From the NCBI GenBank assembly GCA_016926735.1, contig JAFGOA010000071.1:1-64000 (forward strand): a stretch of 64,000 nt of DNA, given 5' to 3'. The notes under the pieces are model-generated. The model saw only the letters and a program-made list of their open reading frames with translations, did not search any database and was not told where the DNA came from. The stretch is from Promethearchaeota archaeon. GTDB taxonomy: Archaea > Asgardarchaeota > Lokiarchaeia > Sigyniarchaeales > SOKP01. Made by a program: the position numbers and the translations under genes. This document shows positions 51,379 to 61,515 of the stretch, piece after piece. How positions within the stretch are numbered: the first letter of the stretch is position 1; every line of letters starts with the position of its first letter.

Positions 51379-52983
51379 CTAATGCCTAAATACTCTTTTT
51401 CCACAAAAGATTAAAGCACAATTAAGTTCATTTGCTCTTTTAATAACCATTTCATCCCTTATGGACCCACCAGGATTAATAATTGCTTTTGCTCCGGCTT
51501 CTACTGCCGCTTCTAATCCGTCAGGAAATGGAAAAAATGAATCAGTCCCCATAAAAGAGCCTTTCATAGATTCTTCATGTCCAAATTCTCGTGCCTTTTG
51601 GGCCGCTAATTTTACTACATGAACCCTACTTTGCTGACCCGCTCCTATTCCGATAGAATATATTCCTGTGTCATATATTTGGGCAAAACACGCAGAATTG
51701 GATTTTGCCCATTTTGATACTTTGTAAGCAAAAATTAAAGCTTCTTTCTCAATTTCATTGACTTGTTTTTCAGTTACAACATTCCATTCTTTAATAACAG
51801 GTTTATGATCATACTCTTCTACTAACATACCTCCTAATGTTGATCTAAATTCAAGGTTATTATAAATTTCTTCTCTTTTTGTCATAAAATTGTCAAATTG
51901 TAAAATTCTTAATTGTTCTTTAGTTTTTAAAATTTCAAGTGCCTCAAATTCAAAAGAAGGAGCCATTAATACTTCAATATAGATATTTTTTTTATTAACA
52001 ATATAATCAGCAACCTCAGTTGTTAAGGGTTGATTAACACCCCAAATTCCACCAAAAGCAGAAAGTGGATCACAACTAAATGCCTTTTCAATAGATTTTA
52101 ATTGACTAATTTTATCTAATGCCATTCCATTAGGAGAAGTATGTTTTAATATAGCAGTTACATGATTATCTATATCAAAATCTAATAACATTTGAATGCA
52201 AGCATCAATATCTAAATAATTATTGAATGAGATAGTTTTTCCTCCTAGTTGCTTAAAAGAATGCAATCCATACTTTGCAGAAGTATCTTTATAATAAGCT
52301 GCTGCTTGATCCCAATTTTCTCCGTATCTACAATCTTGTACTTTCTCGTAGATTTTAATAATAGTATTATTCAGTTTAATATTAGGATTAAAGTATTTCT
52401 GAAGATAATTAGCAATCTCCGCATTATAATCCGCCATAATTGTGAAAACATCTTGTGCTAATGAAGCTCTCATATTATCTGATATTTTTCCATTATTTTC
52501 TCTTAGTTCTTTTATAATAGAATCATAATAATTTGGATTTGGAACAACAACGACGTCAGGAAAATTTTTTGCAGCTGATCGAATCATAAGAGGACCTCCA
52601 ATATCTATCATCTCTAAAGCTTCATTTAAAGTAGTATTTGGTTTTGAAATCGCTTCTTTAAACTTATAGAGATTGCATACTATCATATCAATAGGAAGAA
52701 TATTATTTGTTTTAGCATCTTGTGTATCTTTATCATTATGTCTTCTATAAAGAATACCTCCCTCAATCTTAGGATGAATCGTCTTAACCCTTCCATCAAA
52801 CATTTCAGGCGATCCTGTAAATTCAGATATTTTTATAAAATTGATATTATTTTCAGCTAATATTTTTCCTGTTCCACCAGTAGAAAGAATTTCTACATTG
52901 AATTCATTTGATAAAACCTTTGCAAATTCAACAACATCTTTTTTATCATAAACACTTATTAATGCTCTTTTAATCTCTTTCAT
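51379..52983 (-). CDS. purH: Bifunctional AICAR transformylase / IMP cyclohydrolase
   Basis: 'RALISVYDK', 'STGGT', 'GRVKTIHP', 'IDIGGP', 'RYGEN', 'FFPFPDG', 'PGGSIRD', 'RVFRH'. Confidence 0.97.
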   Translation of the reverse strand: MKEIKRALISVYDKKDVVEFAKVLSNEFNVEILSTGGTGKILAENNINFIKISEFTGSPEMFDGRVKTIHPKIEGGILYRRHNDKDTQDAKTNNILPIDMIVCNLYKFKEAISKPNTTLNEALEMIDIGGPLMIRSAAKNFPDVVVVPNPNYYDSIIKELRENNGKISDNMRASLAQDVFTIMADYNAEIANYLQKYFNPNIKLNNTIIKIYEKVQDCRYGENWDQAAAYYKDTSAKYGLHSFKQLGGKTISFNNYLDIDACIQMLLDFDIDNHVTAILKHTSPNGMALDKISQLKSIEKAFSCDPLSAFGGIWGVNQPLTTEVADYIVNKKNIYIEVLMAPSFEFEALEILKTKEQLRILQFDNFMTKREEIYNNLEFRSTLGGMLVEEYDHKPVIKEWNVVTEKQVNEIEKEALIFAYKVSKWAKSNSACFAQIYDTGIYSIGIGAGQQSRVHVVKLAAQKAREFGHEESMKGSFMGTDSFFPFPDGLEAAVEAGAKAIINPGGSIRDEMVIKRANELNCALIFCGKRVFRH

Positions 52984-53324
52984 ATTTATTTCAAAAATTA
53001 TAATATTATAATCATATCTTGAAGCAAATAATATATGAATTGAATTATTTTGCTCTGGTTATAATTAATATTGCTTAAAATAAAAAATAACCTTCTAATT
53101 ATTTATAAAAAAAATATGTATTATTATAGAAATTTAGCAATTAATTCGAATAATATAAATCTAATAGTTTTAAATACATTGTTTTATTGGAAATAGTTTT
53201 TATGATTGAATAAATGTCTGTTAAAGACTTTAATTTATTTAAAAAACGATTTCCACTTCTATAAAAGCTATCTATAATAATAAAGACTTATAATAATAGT
53301 TTAAATAAATGATATTTAATAAAT

Positions 53325-54176
53325 ATGGTAAAATTTGGACTGAATATTCCTAATTTTGGAAGTTATTCGAATATTAATAATTTAATAAATTTAGCTATTA
53401 CTGCTGAAAAAGCTGGATGGGAGGGATTTTTTTTATGGGACCATATATATCTTTCTACAAGATTAGAAAAAAATAAACAAATTGGTATTCCATTTGTAGA
53501 TCCTTGGGTTGCTCTTACTGCAATTGCTATGGTTACAAAAAATATGAAAATTGGTACATATGTAACTCCACTCCCTCGTCGCAGACCTTGGAAATTAGCA
53601 AGAGAGGTCGTTTCTCTTGACTGTTTAAGTAGAGGTAGATTAATACTAGGGATAGGATTAGGTGCACCAGATTTTGAATATGAAGGATTTGGAGAGGAAA
53701 AAAATATAATTACTCGAGCAAAAAAATGTGATGAAGGATTAGAGATCATAAAAGGATTACTTTCAGGAAAGGAATTCTCTTATAAAGGAAAATTTTATAC
53801 AATAAAAACGGTTATTTTTAAACCAGAACCCTATAACGGAATAATTCCAATATGGATAGGTGGGAGATGGCCTAATAAAAAACCATTAGAGAGAGCCTCA
53901 AAATATAATGGATTTTGCCCCATTAGTGCTAGTTCAGAAAAGCTTAGTCCAAATGACATAGAAGAGATTGTAAATCTCATAAAAAGTTGTAGAAGTGATA
54001 TCAATAATTTTGATGTTGTAATAGCTGGAGAATTACCTTTAAATAAAACCGAAGCAAAGAAAATTATCTATCCATTTATAGAAAGCGGAATAACATGGTG
54101 GTTGGATTCTATTAATGATTGGAGAGGAACATTAGAAGAGATGGAAGAGTATATATCGAATGGACCAGCTAAATAA
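53325..54176 (+). CDS. Luciferase-like (LLM) flavin/F420-dependent oxidoreductase
   Basis: 'AEKAGWEGFFLWDH', 'DPWVAL', 'RRRPWKLARE..SLD.LS.GRLILG.GLG'. Confidence 0.92.
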   Translation: MVKFGLNIPNFGSYSNINNLINLAITAEKAGWEGFFLWDHIYLSTRLEKNKQIGIPFVDPWVALTAIAMVTKNMKIGTYVTPLPRRRPWKLAREVVSLDCLSRGRLILGIGLGAPDFEYEGFGEEKNIITRAKKCDEGLEIIKGLLSGKEFSYKGKFYTIKTVIFKPEPYNGIIPIWIGGRWPNKKPLERASKYNGFCPISASSEKLSPNDIEEIVNLIKSCRSDINNFDVVIAGELPLNKTEAKKIIYPFIESGITWWLDSINDWRGTLEEMEEYISNGPAK

Positions 54177-54197
54177 GATCTTTTAAAAAAATGTGAA

Positions 54198-55676
54198 TTA
54201 ATAATATGATATATTATCTAATAAATCATGAGGTCTAGCTTCTCTTTGACCGGCGTAAGATACAATCCCAATTTTAACATTTTTCATGTTTTCTATAGAG
54301 GTTGCACCAGCATAGATCATTCCATTTTTTAATCCTTGCTTTAAAGTCTGTATTACAGATGATAATCCTCCAACAAAAGGAAGATAACTTGAAACACCCT
54401 CAGGAAGTAATTTAGATCCTTCTACATACCGATCAGAAACAAATCCAATATCTCTTGCATTTTGACTACCCATTCCTCTATAAACTTTAACTTTACGTCC
54501 TTGAATTGTATCAATATAACCGGGACTTTCAGTACACCCCGCAAAAAAATGACCAGACATAATTAAACTGGCACCAACAGAAAATGCTTTAGGAATGTCT
54601 CCTGGATTTTTAAACCCTCCATCAGCTATTAAACTCATCTTAGGGTTGTAATCTTGAATTGCATCAGCAACTTCCGCAGTTGCGTATAATGTAGGTGCTC
54701 CTACTCCTGTTTGAATAGATGTAGAACAGATTGATCCTGAACCCATACCAACTTTAATTCCTATGAATTTATCAGAATCAAAATCGCATTTTGTTAATAG
54801 ATGCTCTGCGCCCTCATAAGTTCCAATATTTCCTAATACAAAATCAGAATCAAGAAAATTCATTAATTCCTTGACACCAAGTATATCTTTTTCCTTGTAA
54901 AATTCTGCAACATCTGTAAAAAAAATATCAACATATTCATCTATGTTTTTCAGTTTATTTTTTGCTTCACTTGATTCGGGTAATTTAGGACTTATTGCCA
55001 GAGCACAAAGAAGTCTACCTTCTTTATCTATAGAAGCATATGGAAATTCTGGTTTTAAATCTTTTTTTGTAATAAGGCCTTTAAGATACCCATTTTCAAT
55101 AATCGGTAATTTTTCTATTCGATTTTTATAAAGTATTTCTAAAGCTTCTTCTCGAGAAGATTCACGTTCTATAGAAATAAGATCTTTTGTCATATAATCT
55201 ATTAATTTTCCTGATTTTACTCTATCTTCTGTGAATGGAATATCTCTTTTGGTAAGAATACCTTTTACCTTATTCTCACTATCTATCACAACTAAACCAC
55301 TTATTCCTTCTTGTTCCATTAGTGTTTTTGCTTCAAGGATGGATGCATTTATATCAATTGTAGCTACATCTCTTATTACAAAAGATCTGGCTCTTTTTAC
55401 ATTCTTGCACATTTTTAATTGTTTATCATAAGAACAATTGCGATGTAATACCCCCAAACCACCTAATAAAGCCATTCTTATTGCCATTTCATCTTCTGTG
55501 ACTGTATCCATAGCAGCAGATATAATTGGAATGTTGAATTTATATTTACCTAATTTTGTGGAAATATCAACATCATAGGTTTTTGTGAACCCTGGTAGAA
55601 TCAATACATCATCAAAAGTAGCAACTATCTCTTTATGATGAACTTTATTACGAAAATAATCTGACATTTTATTCAC
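54198..55676 (-). CDS. guaB: IMP dehydrogenase with CBS pair
   Basis: 'TFDDVLILPG', 'SAAMDTVTE', catalytic 'GSGSICST', 'IADGG', 'YRGMGS', 'PEGV'. Confidence 0.93.
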   Translation of the reverse strand: MNKMSDYFRNKVHHKEIVATFDDVLILPGFTKTYDVDISTKLGKYKFNIPIISAAMDTVTEDEMAIRMALLGGLGVLHRNCSYDKQLKMCKNVKRARSFVIRDVATIDINASILEAKTLMEQEGISGLVVIDSENKVKGILTKRDIPFTEDRVKSGKLIDYMTKDLISIERESSREEALEILYKNRIEKLPIIENGYLKGLITKKDLKPEFPYASIDKEGRLLCALAISPKLPESSEAKNKLKNIDEYVDIFFTDVAEFYKEKDILGVKELMNFLDSDFVLGNIGTYEGAEHLLTKCDFDSDKFIGIKVGMGSGSICSTSIQTGVGAPTLYATAEVADAIQDYNPKMSLIADGGFKNPGDIPKAFSVGASLIMSGHFFAGCTESPGYIDTIQGRKVKVYRGMGSQNARDIGFVSDRYVEGSKLLPEGVSSYLPFVGGLSSVIQTLKQGLKNGMIYAGATSIENMKNVKIGIVSYAGQREARPHDLLDNISYY

Positions 55677-55993
55677 GATATAAGTTATTAATTAAGAAAA
55701 TTTTTAGATTAAAATATTATTATAAAAATATTTCTTCTTACTCTATTAAAGTTTATTATAATTTATCTAAAAAAATCTCTTTAGCTAAGATAGAAGGAGA
55801 TTTCAAAAAAATTTAACTGTTTTTCGAATCAGATAATTATCAAGTTTTATATATTGTTATTTTTGATTACACCTAAATTACTGATTCTGAGCTTGAATTC
55901 ATAGAATAAAATATTTAAAAAAATAAATAAATAAAGTAATATCTGGTATGTTAGTATATTGAGATATTGACTTTTTCAATTTAAAAGTTTGGG

Positions 55994-57058
55994 TTATTTT
56001 GTAAATGTAAAGCACGTTACAGGAGTTGCAGTTTTTATATTTTTTCCACCTGCTTCAGTAATAAATCTTAAGAACTCTTCTTTGGTAAAGAATCCATGTG
56101 CACCTTTAATTGTTTTAATATGGAGATCCATATATTTGTTTGCAAAAGGTATAAGCACTTGACCTCCGAAGATTAAGCTCCCTGGTTTAGCAACCCTAAT
56201 GATTTCCTTCAATGCTACCTTTGGATCTGTCCAGTGAAGAACTTGTGAGATATATATTATATCAAAAGTATTATCCTCGAAAGGTATGTCCGTAACGGAG
56301 CCCAATTCAAACTTTTTCGGAAAATAAGGACGATATGACTCGATTTGCTCTTTAGTATAATTCAAATGTGTTTTTAAGCGCAATTCAAATTCATTTTTAG
56401 CAATATCTAAGAGCCCTTCATCGGAATCAATACCGAAAATTTCCATATTTGTTCCTGGATAAAAGCATTTCTTTTTTTCATAGTAGCTCCAAATTACAGT
56501 AGTACCGAAACCATTTCCACAACCAACATCAAGGAATTTGCCAGTATAATTCAAAGCTTTGGAAAATTTAAAAGTAGATCCTCTTGCTATTTCATACATC
56601 TTGAGGCCTAATGCAACATCCCAATTAAATAATTGAAACCCCTTAGAAAAGCTAGGAGCACCACCTTTTAATCGCTGTGGAATCACTTTAGCAAAACTAC
56701 TTAGTACATCAACAGCTGAATCATTAAATACTTTAGGGATTGTAAATTTATCCTCAACTTCACCTATAACTTGGTATTTCGACGTCTCTTCATTAAATAT
56801 AATTGTTTCATCCTCGGTCAAAGTGTCTAGAACATATTGAAGAAATTCTCTATCTGTATACTTATAATTTTCAGCGATCTCATTAATTGTTCTTGGAATA
56901 GCAAGAAAATTAAACCAATCCTCACCTTTTTCACCGAAGACTCGAATTACATTACCTCTATAAAAGTTATATATATCACGGGTTACTTTCTTTAAAGATG
57001 CTCCTACTTTTGCAACTGATCCTATCATAAATAGATATGTATTTAATTTCTTAGACAT
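55994..57058 (-). CDS. Class I SAM-dependent methyltransferase with N-terminal winged helix
   Basis: 'FLDVGCGNG', 'IPFEDNTFD', 'LHW..P..LKE..RV.KPG'. Confidence 0.88.
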   Translation of the reverse strand: MSKKLNTYLFMIGSVAKVGASLKKVTRDIYNFYRGNVIRVFGEKGEDWFNFLAIPRTINEIAENYKYTDREFLQYVLDTLTEDETIIFNEETSKYQVIGEVEDKFTIPKVFNDSAVDVLSSFAKVIPQRLKGGAPSFSKGFQLFNWDVALGLKMYEIARGSTFKFSKALNYTGKFLDVGCGNGFGTTVIWSYYEKKKCFYPGTNMEIFGIDSDEGLLDIAKNEFELRLKTHLNYTKEQIESYRPYFPKKFELGSVTDIPFEDNTFDIIYISQVLHWTDPKVALKEIIRVAKPGSLIFGGQVLIPFANKYMDLHIKTIKGAHGFFTKEEFLRFITEAGGKNIKTATPVTCFTFTK

Positions 57059-57249
57059 ATTATCACTTCTTTTTTCTGACTTTTGGTAATAATAATCTAA
57101 TAATTTTTATATAAAAATATTGCTAGTAATAGCAGGAAAAAACAATTTAAAACACAATTTACAAAAAATTAATAGTCGGAAAACTATTATATTAAAACCA
57201 AAACCCTATTAAAAATTAACAATAAAATTCCAAAATTTATTCCAATTAT

Positions 57250-57385
57250 TAACCTTTCAGTTTGAGGAAAGGCCAGCCCTAAGGTTATCGGACTGTTCGC
57301 TTGTCACAGAGTTCAAGACATATTTTATATGTAATATCTTTCTAATTACTTCTACAGTCTTGAAGGACGTTATCCCACAATATTT
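57250..57385 (-). ncRNA. Putative structured non-coding RNA (unassigned)
   Basis: Locally GC-rich intergenic island with several perfect helices and a TTATAT box (57411-57416, minus strand) upstream. Strand is inferred from that box only. Confidence 0.45.
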
Positions 57386-57686
57386 GAAATAATATACAAA
57401 ATACTTTTAGATATAAGGATTAGATTTGAATTTTAGTTTTTATTCTGTACAATTTAAAAAATTTTTAAAAGTACGATTAAATAATCTATATCAGTTTATT
57501 TACAATTAAAAATTACTTTTTATTCATTTCTATGTTAAATACTAAAAGCACTAATTTAAAAAACAATTTTATATCTTATATTATAAATCATAAAAAAATT
57601 TTGAGAAATTATATAAAAAGTAAATTTCCTAATAGATAATTCTATAATAAAAATTTAAAAGCTATGAAAAAGAGAGTATTAAAAAT

Positions 57687-58766
57687 ATGAAACTTATAGG
57701 TTTAAATCTTGGAGGATTTTTTTCACAAGTTGATGAATATACAGAAGAACATCTGAACAATTTTATCAGAGAAGATGATATTAAACAAATAAACAATTGG
57801 AATTTTAATTGTATCAGATTACCAATTGATTTTAATTTCTTTGAAATTCAAAAAGAAGAATATAAGTATAGAGAAGATAGAATAAAAAGGATAGAAAATG
57901 TACTAACATGGACTCAGAAATACAATATGACTTTGATTTTTGATCTTCACAAAGCCCCAGGTCATACATTTGAAGCAAGAGAGGATAGAGAAAATACAAT
58001 ATGGAATATAGAATCTGAAAATAGAAAAAGATTTTTAAGAATATGGGATTATCTGGCAGAAAGATTTAAAGATCAAGAAAATATAATTTATGAAATACTA
58101 AATGAACCAGTTGCAAAAAAAGAAGATTTATGGTATAAGCTTGCTAAAGATGCTATTAAAGTTATAAGAAATAGAGATGAAAAACATGAAATTATAATTG
58201 AATCAAATTTATGGGGAAAAACAGACTGTTTTAATAGTATGCCCCTTTTTAAAGATGATAAGATCATATACAGCTTTCATTATTATCAACCTCATTGGGT
58301 TACTCATCAGACAGCGGAATGGATTGCTTTTTATATAAAAGATATACATAGAAAAAAGGAATATTATCCAGGAAAAATTGAAATACCCCCGGATAAGTAT
58401 AACATGCTTGGAGATAATTTTTATTTACAACGATTTAAAGAAGAGCATGGCTATTATTGGGATAAAGAAAAAATGTTATCAACAATACAACCAGTACTAG
58501 ATTTTAGAGAAAAATATGATGTACCAATTTTTTGCGGTGAATTTGGAATTATAGCCAAAGCAGATCCAGAAGTAAGGAAAAATTGGATTGAAGATCTGAT
58601 GGCAATTATGAGAGAAAATAAAATATCCTACACATATTGGACTTATAAAAATATGGATTTTGGGTTATTCGACTTTACTGAAAAATATAAAAATAATCAG
58701 AATTACCAAAATGAAAGAAGATTAGACGAAATAACACTAAAAGCAATTCAAAACGGAACTTTTTAA
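57687..58766 (+). CDS. Glycoside hydrolase family 5
   Basis: 'GLNLGGF', 'IRLP', 'DLH.APG', acid/base 'ILNEP', 'FHYY', nucleophile 'GEFG'; no signal peptide. Confidence 0.92.
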   Translation: MKLIGLNLGGFFSQVDEYTEEHLNNFIREDDIKQINNWNFNCIRLPIDFNFFEIQKEEYKYREDRIKRIENVLTWTQKYNMTLIFDLHKAPGHTFEAREDRENTIWNIESENRKRFLRIWDYLAERFKDQENIIYEILNEPVAKKEDLWYKLAKDAIKVIRNRDEKHEIIIESNLWGKTDCFNSMPLFKDDKIIYSFHYYQPHWVTHQTAEWIAFYIKDIHRKKEYYPGKIEIPPDKYNMLGDNFYLQRFKEEHGYYWDKEKMLSTIQPVLDFREKYDVPIFCGEFGIIAKADPEVRKNWIEDLMAIMRENKISYTYWTYKNMDFGLFDFTEKYKNNQNYQNERRLDEITLKAIQNGTF

Positions 58767-58929
58767 TATTTACTAATTTTATTTTTGCTTAATTTTATTT
58801 TTTTTGAAGGATTTTTAAGGATATTGAGAAAAATTATATTTCAAATATTTTTTTTTTAATGAAATATTTTAAATTTTAGCAACAAAAGAATATCTTATTT
58901 TATCAAAACTACATAATGTTAAAAAAATA

Positions 58930-59523
58930 ATGAGACCAAATAAAGAAGTTATTTATTGTTTTAAAATTGTTATTTTGGGAGGAGGTGGAGCTGGAAAAAC
59001 TTGTCTTTTTAATAGATATTGTTTTAATTCTTTTAATATGAATACAGAAATGACAATTGGTCTCAATTTTCATTCTACATATTTAAATATTGCACTTGAC
59101 GAAGATAAAAGTTCAAATTCTAATGATAAATGCATAGTTAACTCCATATTTGATTTTGGAGGTCAAGAAAGATTTAAATCGTTAATTCCAAGATTATTAA
59201 ATGGTACAGATGGAGCAATGTTAGTATTTGATTTAACTAGTTACTCATCATTTCAACAATTAGAGAATTGGTATAACCTTTTAGAATCAAAAATAGGAGG
59301 AAAAATACCTATTTTATTAATAGGTAGTAAAAGCGACTTATTAAAAACTACTTCAGAAATGGAAATAGTGCAAAAAGATGTTATCCAAGAGATGATAAAA
59401 AAAAATGATTTAGAAGGTTTTTTTAAGACATCATCTTTAGAAAATTATAATGTATTAGATGCATTTAAGGAATTAAATAGGTTAATGTTGAAAAATAACA
59501 ATATCAAAGCAAAGATCGAATAG
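58930..59523 (+). CDS. Ras-superfamily (Rab-like) small GTPase
   Basis: G1 'GGGGAGKT', G2 'TIG', G3 'DFGGQERF', G4 'SKSD', G5 'TSS'; no C-terminal Cys. Confidence 0.92.
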   Translation: MRPNKEVIYCFKIVILGGGGAGKTCLFNRYCFNSFNMNTEMTIGLNFHSTYLNIALDEDKSSNSNDKCIVNSIFDFGGQERFKSLIPRLLNGTDGAMLVFDLTSYSSFQQLENWYNLLESKIGGKIPILLIGSKSDLLKTTSEMEIVQKDVIQEMIKKNDLEGFFKTSSLENYNVLDAFKELNRLMLKNNNIKAKIE

Positions 59524-59540
59524 TTTTTTTAAAAATATAC

Positions 59541-59560
59541 CACAATTTTCACACATTGTG
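59541..59560. terminator. Small hairpin between convergent genes
   Basis: cacaat..attgtg inverted repeat after a T-tract, between the GTPase and prenyl-synthase stop codons. Confidence 0.3.
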
Positions 59561-59617
59561 TATATATATTATATAATTTCCACTTTTATAAGAATATTGA
59601 TATATAAAAATAGTATA

Positions 59618-60685
59618 TTATGTTTCAAAAAGATAATCTGTAAAATTATTGAAAAATTCTTTTTGTTCCCTATTCAGATCAGGATATATTTCCTTTAGAG
59701 ATAATTTCGCTTCAAAAACTAAATTTTTTGCTAATTGTTCTGCAATTTTTATTACTTTTGTCTCCTTAAATATATTATAAACAATTTCAACATCATTTTC
59801 ATTAAGTACATCTTTTCTATAGATTTCATTTAGAATCTTTGATTGATCTTCATTTGTATTTTTAACTGCTAAGATATATATAATTTTTTTCTTTTTTCCA
59901 ATAATATCTTCTTTAATATCAATTATATCATCTTTTATTGCATGTGCTTGTCCAATTTTTAGCATAGCATTAGATAAAGGTTTTATTTGATAATGGAGAT
60001 TTCCATTTGCTAATATCGCTCCTATTCTTACAGCTTTATCAAAAGTTCTAGCACGTTCCATTTCTGCTATAGTCAAATACTGCTCTAATGACATAGTGAT
60101 GTGATGATATTGCATATATTCTTCTATAATTTGACCTTTTAAAATGCTATCCATTGCTTCAGTATATTCATCTATCGCCATTATTTTTAATTTCTGTGGA
60201 AAATTAGAACTTCTTATAATATCTAAACCCAACAGGTAAGCATATGTTCCACCTAAAATTCCAATATCTTTTCCATATTGTTCCCAATCTTTTGAACTTG
60301 TTGAAACGTCTTCATTCTTATAAAGATTCTTTATTTCTTTTTTAATTTGTTTGTGAAAAGTAGATGAACCTCTTCTAAAGGCATCATCGTCTATTAAATC
60401 ATCTTGTATAAGATGAGCATTATGTAAAAGCTCAATAGACATAGAAACTTTCCTAATTTCTTTAATTTGCTCTTCCAAATACATTGGATTTATAATTCCA
60501 TTAAAAGCTTCGATTAATAAAATAGAATGAAGACGTTTTGCGTTTTTATTGAGGATAAATTCCTCAAATTCCGTTAAAAAATCACCAAATAAGATATCAT
60601 CTTTTCTTTTATTGAGAATTCTAAAATATTTAATTAATTCTCTATCTATTATCTTTTTTTTTGAATCTAATAACTTTCTAATCAC
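59618..60685 (-). CDS. Polyprenyl synthetase family protein (divergent)
   Basis: 'ELLHNAHLIQDDLIDDDAFRRG', 'GQ', 'IKDDIID'. Confidence 0.85.
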   Translation of the reverse strand: MIRKLLDSKKKIIDRELIKYFRILNKRKDDILFGDFLTEFEEFILNKNAKRLHSILLIEAFNGIINPMYLEEQIKEIRKVSMSIELLHNAHLIQDDLIDDDAFRRGSSTFHKQIKKEIKNLYKNEDVSTSSKDWEQYGKDIGILGGTYAYLLGLDIIRSSNFPQKLKIMAIDEYTEAMDSILKGQIIEEYMQYHHITMSLEQYLTIAEMERARTFDKAVRIGAILANGNLHYQIKPLSNAMLKIGQAHAIKDDIIDIKEDIIGKKKKIIYILAVKNTNEDQSKILNEIYRKDVLNENDVEIVYNIFKETKVIKIAEQLAKNLVFEAKLSLKEIYPDLNREQKEFFNNFTDYLFET

Positions 60686-60963
60686 ATTATCACGATATTA
60701 ATAAAGATTCTTATCTATCAATATGATTTAAATTACTTAAATATCTTTTTTATGATTTCTTCTTTTTTTTTATAATTCCTATAACAATTGAATTATATCA
60801 TTATAAATCATACATATTATTTCAATTTTAGTAATTGGAAGAGACTATCAAGAAAAAAAAGCTTCAAAAAAAGAGAAATTCAACAAAAAAAAAAGACCAT
60901 AAATTTATTTACAATAATTTTTTTTTTAATTGTACTTCTATTAAAAAATTAAAGGTTTTTGTT

Positions 60964-61470
60964 TTGAAGATAGGTGTTATATCAGATACTCACGATCATT
61001 TACCCAATATTAAAAAAGCAGTAGATATCTTTAATGAAAAAAATATTGATGCTCTTATTCATTGTGGGGATTTTGTTTCCCCTTTTACCTTTAGGGTATT
61101 TGATGATTTGATTCCATCAATAAAAAATAATTTTTATGGTGTCTTTGGAAATAATGATGGAGACAGAGTAGTATTAAAAGAAATTCTTGGTCAAATTTGC
61201 CATCTTGTGGGAGTTGAGTTAATTTCAGAATTTAATGGAATTAGAGTTTATGCAACTCACATGCCTAATAAAGAGACTGTGGATTCAATCGCAAAATCAG
61301 GAAATTTTGAAATAGTATTATATGGACATACTCATTCATCACTTGTTAAAAAGTATGATAATGGTGTTTTAGTTGTTAACCCAGGAGAATGCTGTGGTTA
61401 TTTAAGTGGAAAGGCAACAATAGCTATTGTTGATACTCATATAGTTAATGCTGAAATTATTGAACTTTAA
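60964..61470 (+). CDS. YfcE/MJ0936/Vps29-like metallophosphoesterase
   Basis: 'ISDTHD', 'HCGD', 'GNND', 'YGHTH', 'NPGE'. Start set at the TTG at 60964, because the upstream extension of the ORF is low-complexity. Confidence 0.92.
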   Translation: MKIGVISDTHDHLPNIKKAVDIFNEKNIDALIHCGDFVSPFTFRVFDDLIPSIKNNFYGVFGNNDGDRVVLKEILGQICHLVGVELISEFNGIRVYATHMPNKETVDSIAKSGNFEIVLYGHTHSSLVKKYDNGVLVVNPGECCGYLSGKATIAIVDTHIVNAEIIEL

Positions 61471-61515
61471 TTTTTTTTTCGTTAAAAATATAGAGTTTCT
61501 TTTATAATTAATCAT

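Noticed and set aside
57264-57280. gaggaaaggcc resembling the RNase P CR-I sequence GAGGAAAGUCC
   Set aside because: No matching CR-V/P4 partner was found and the GC-rich island is too short.
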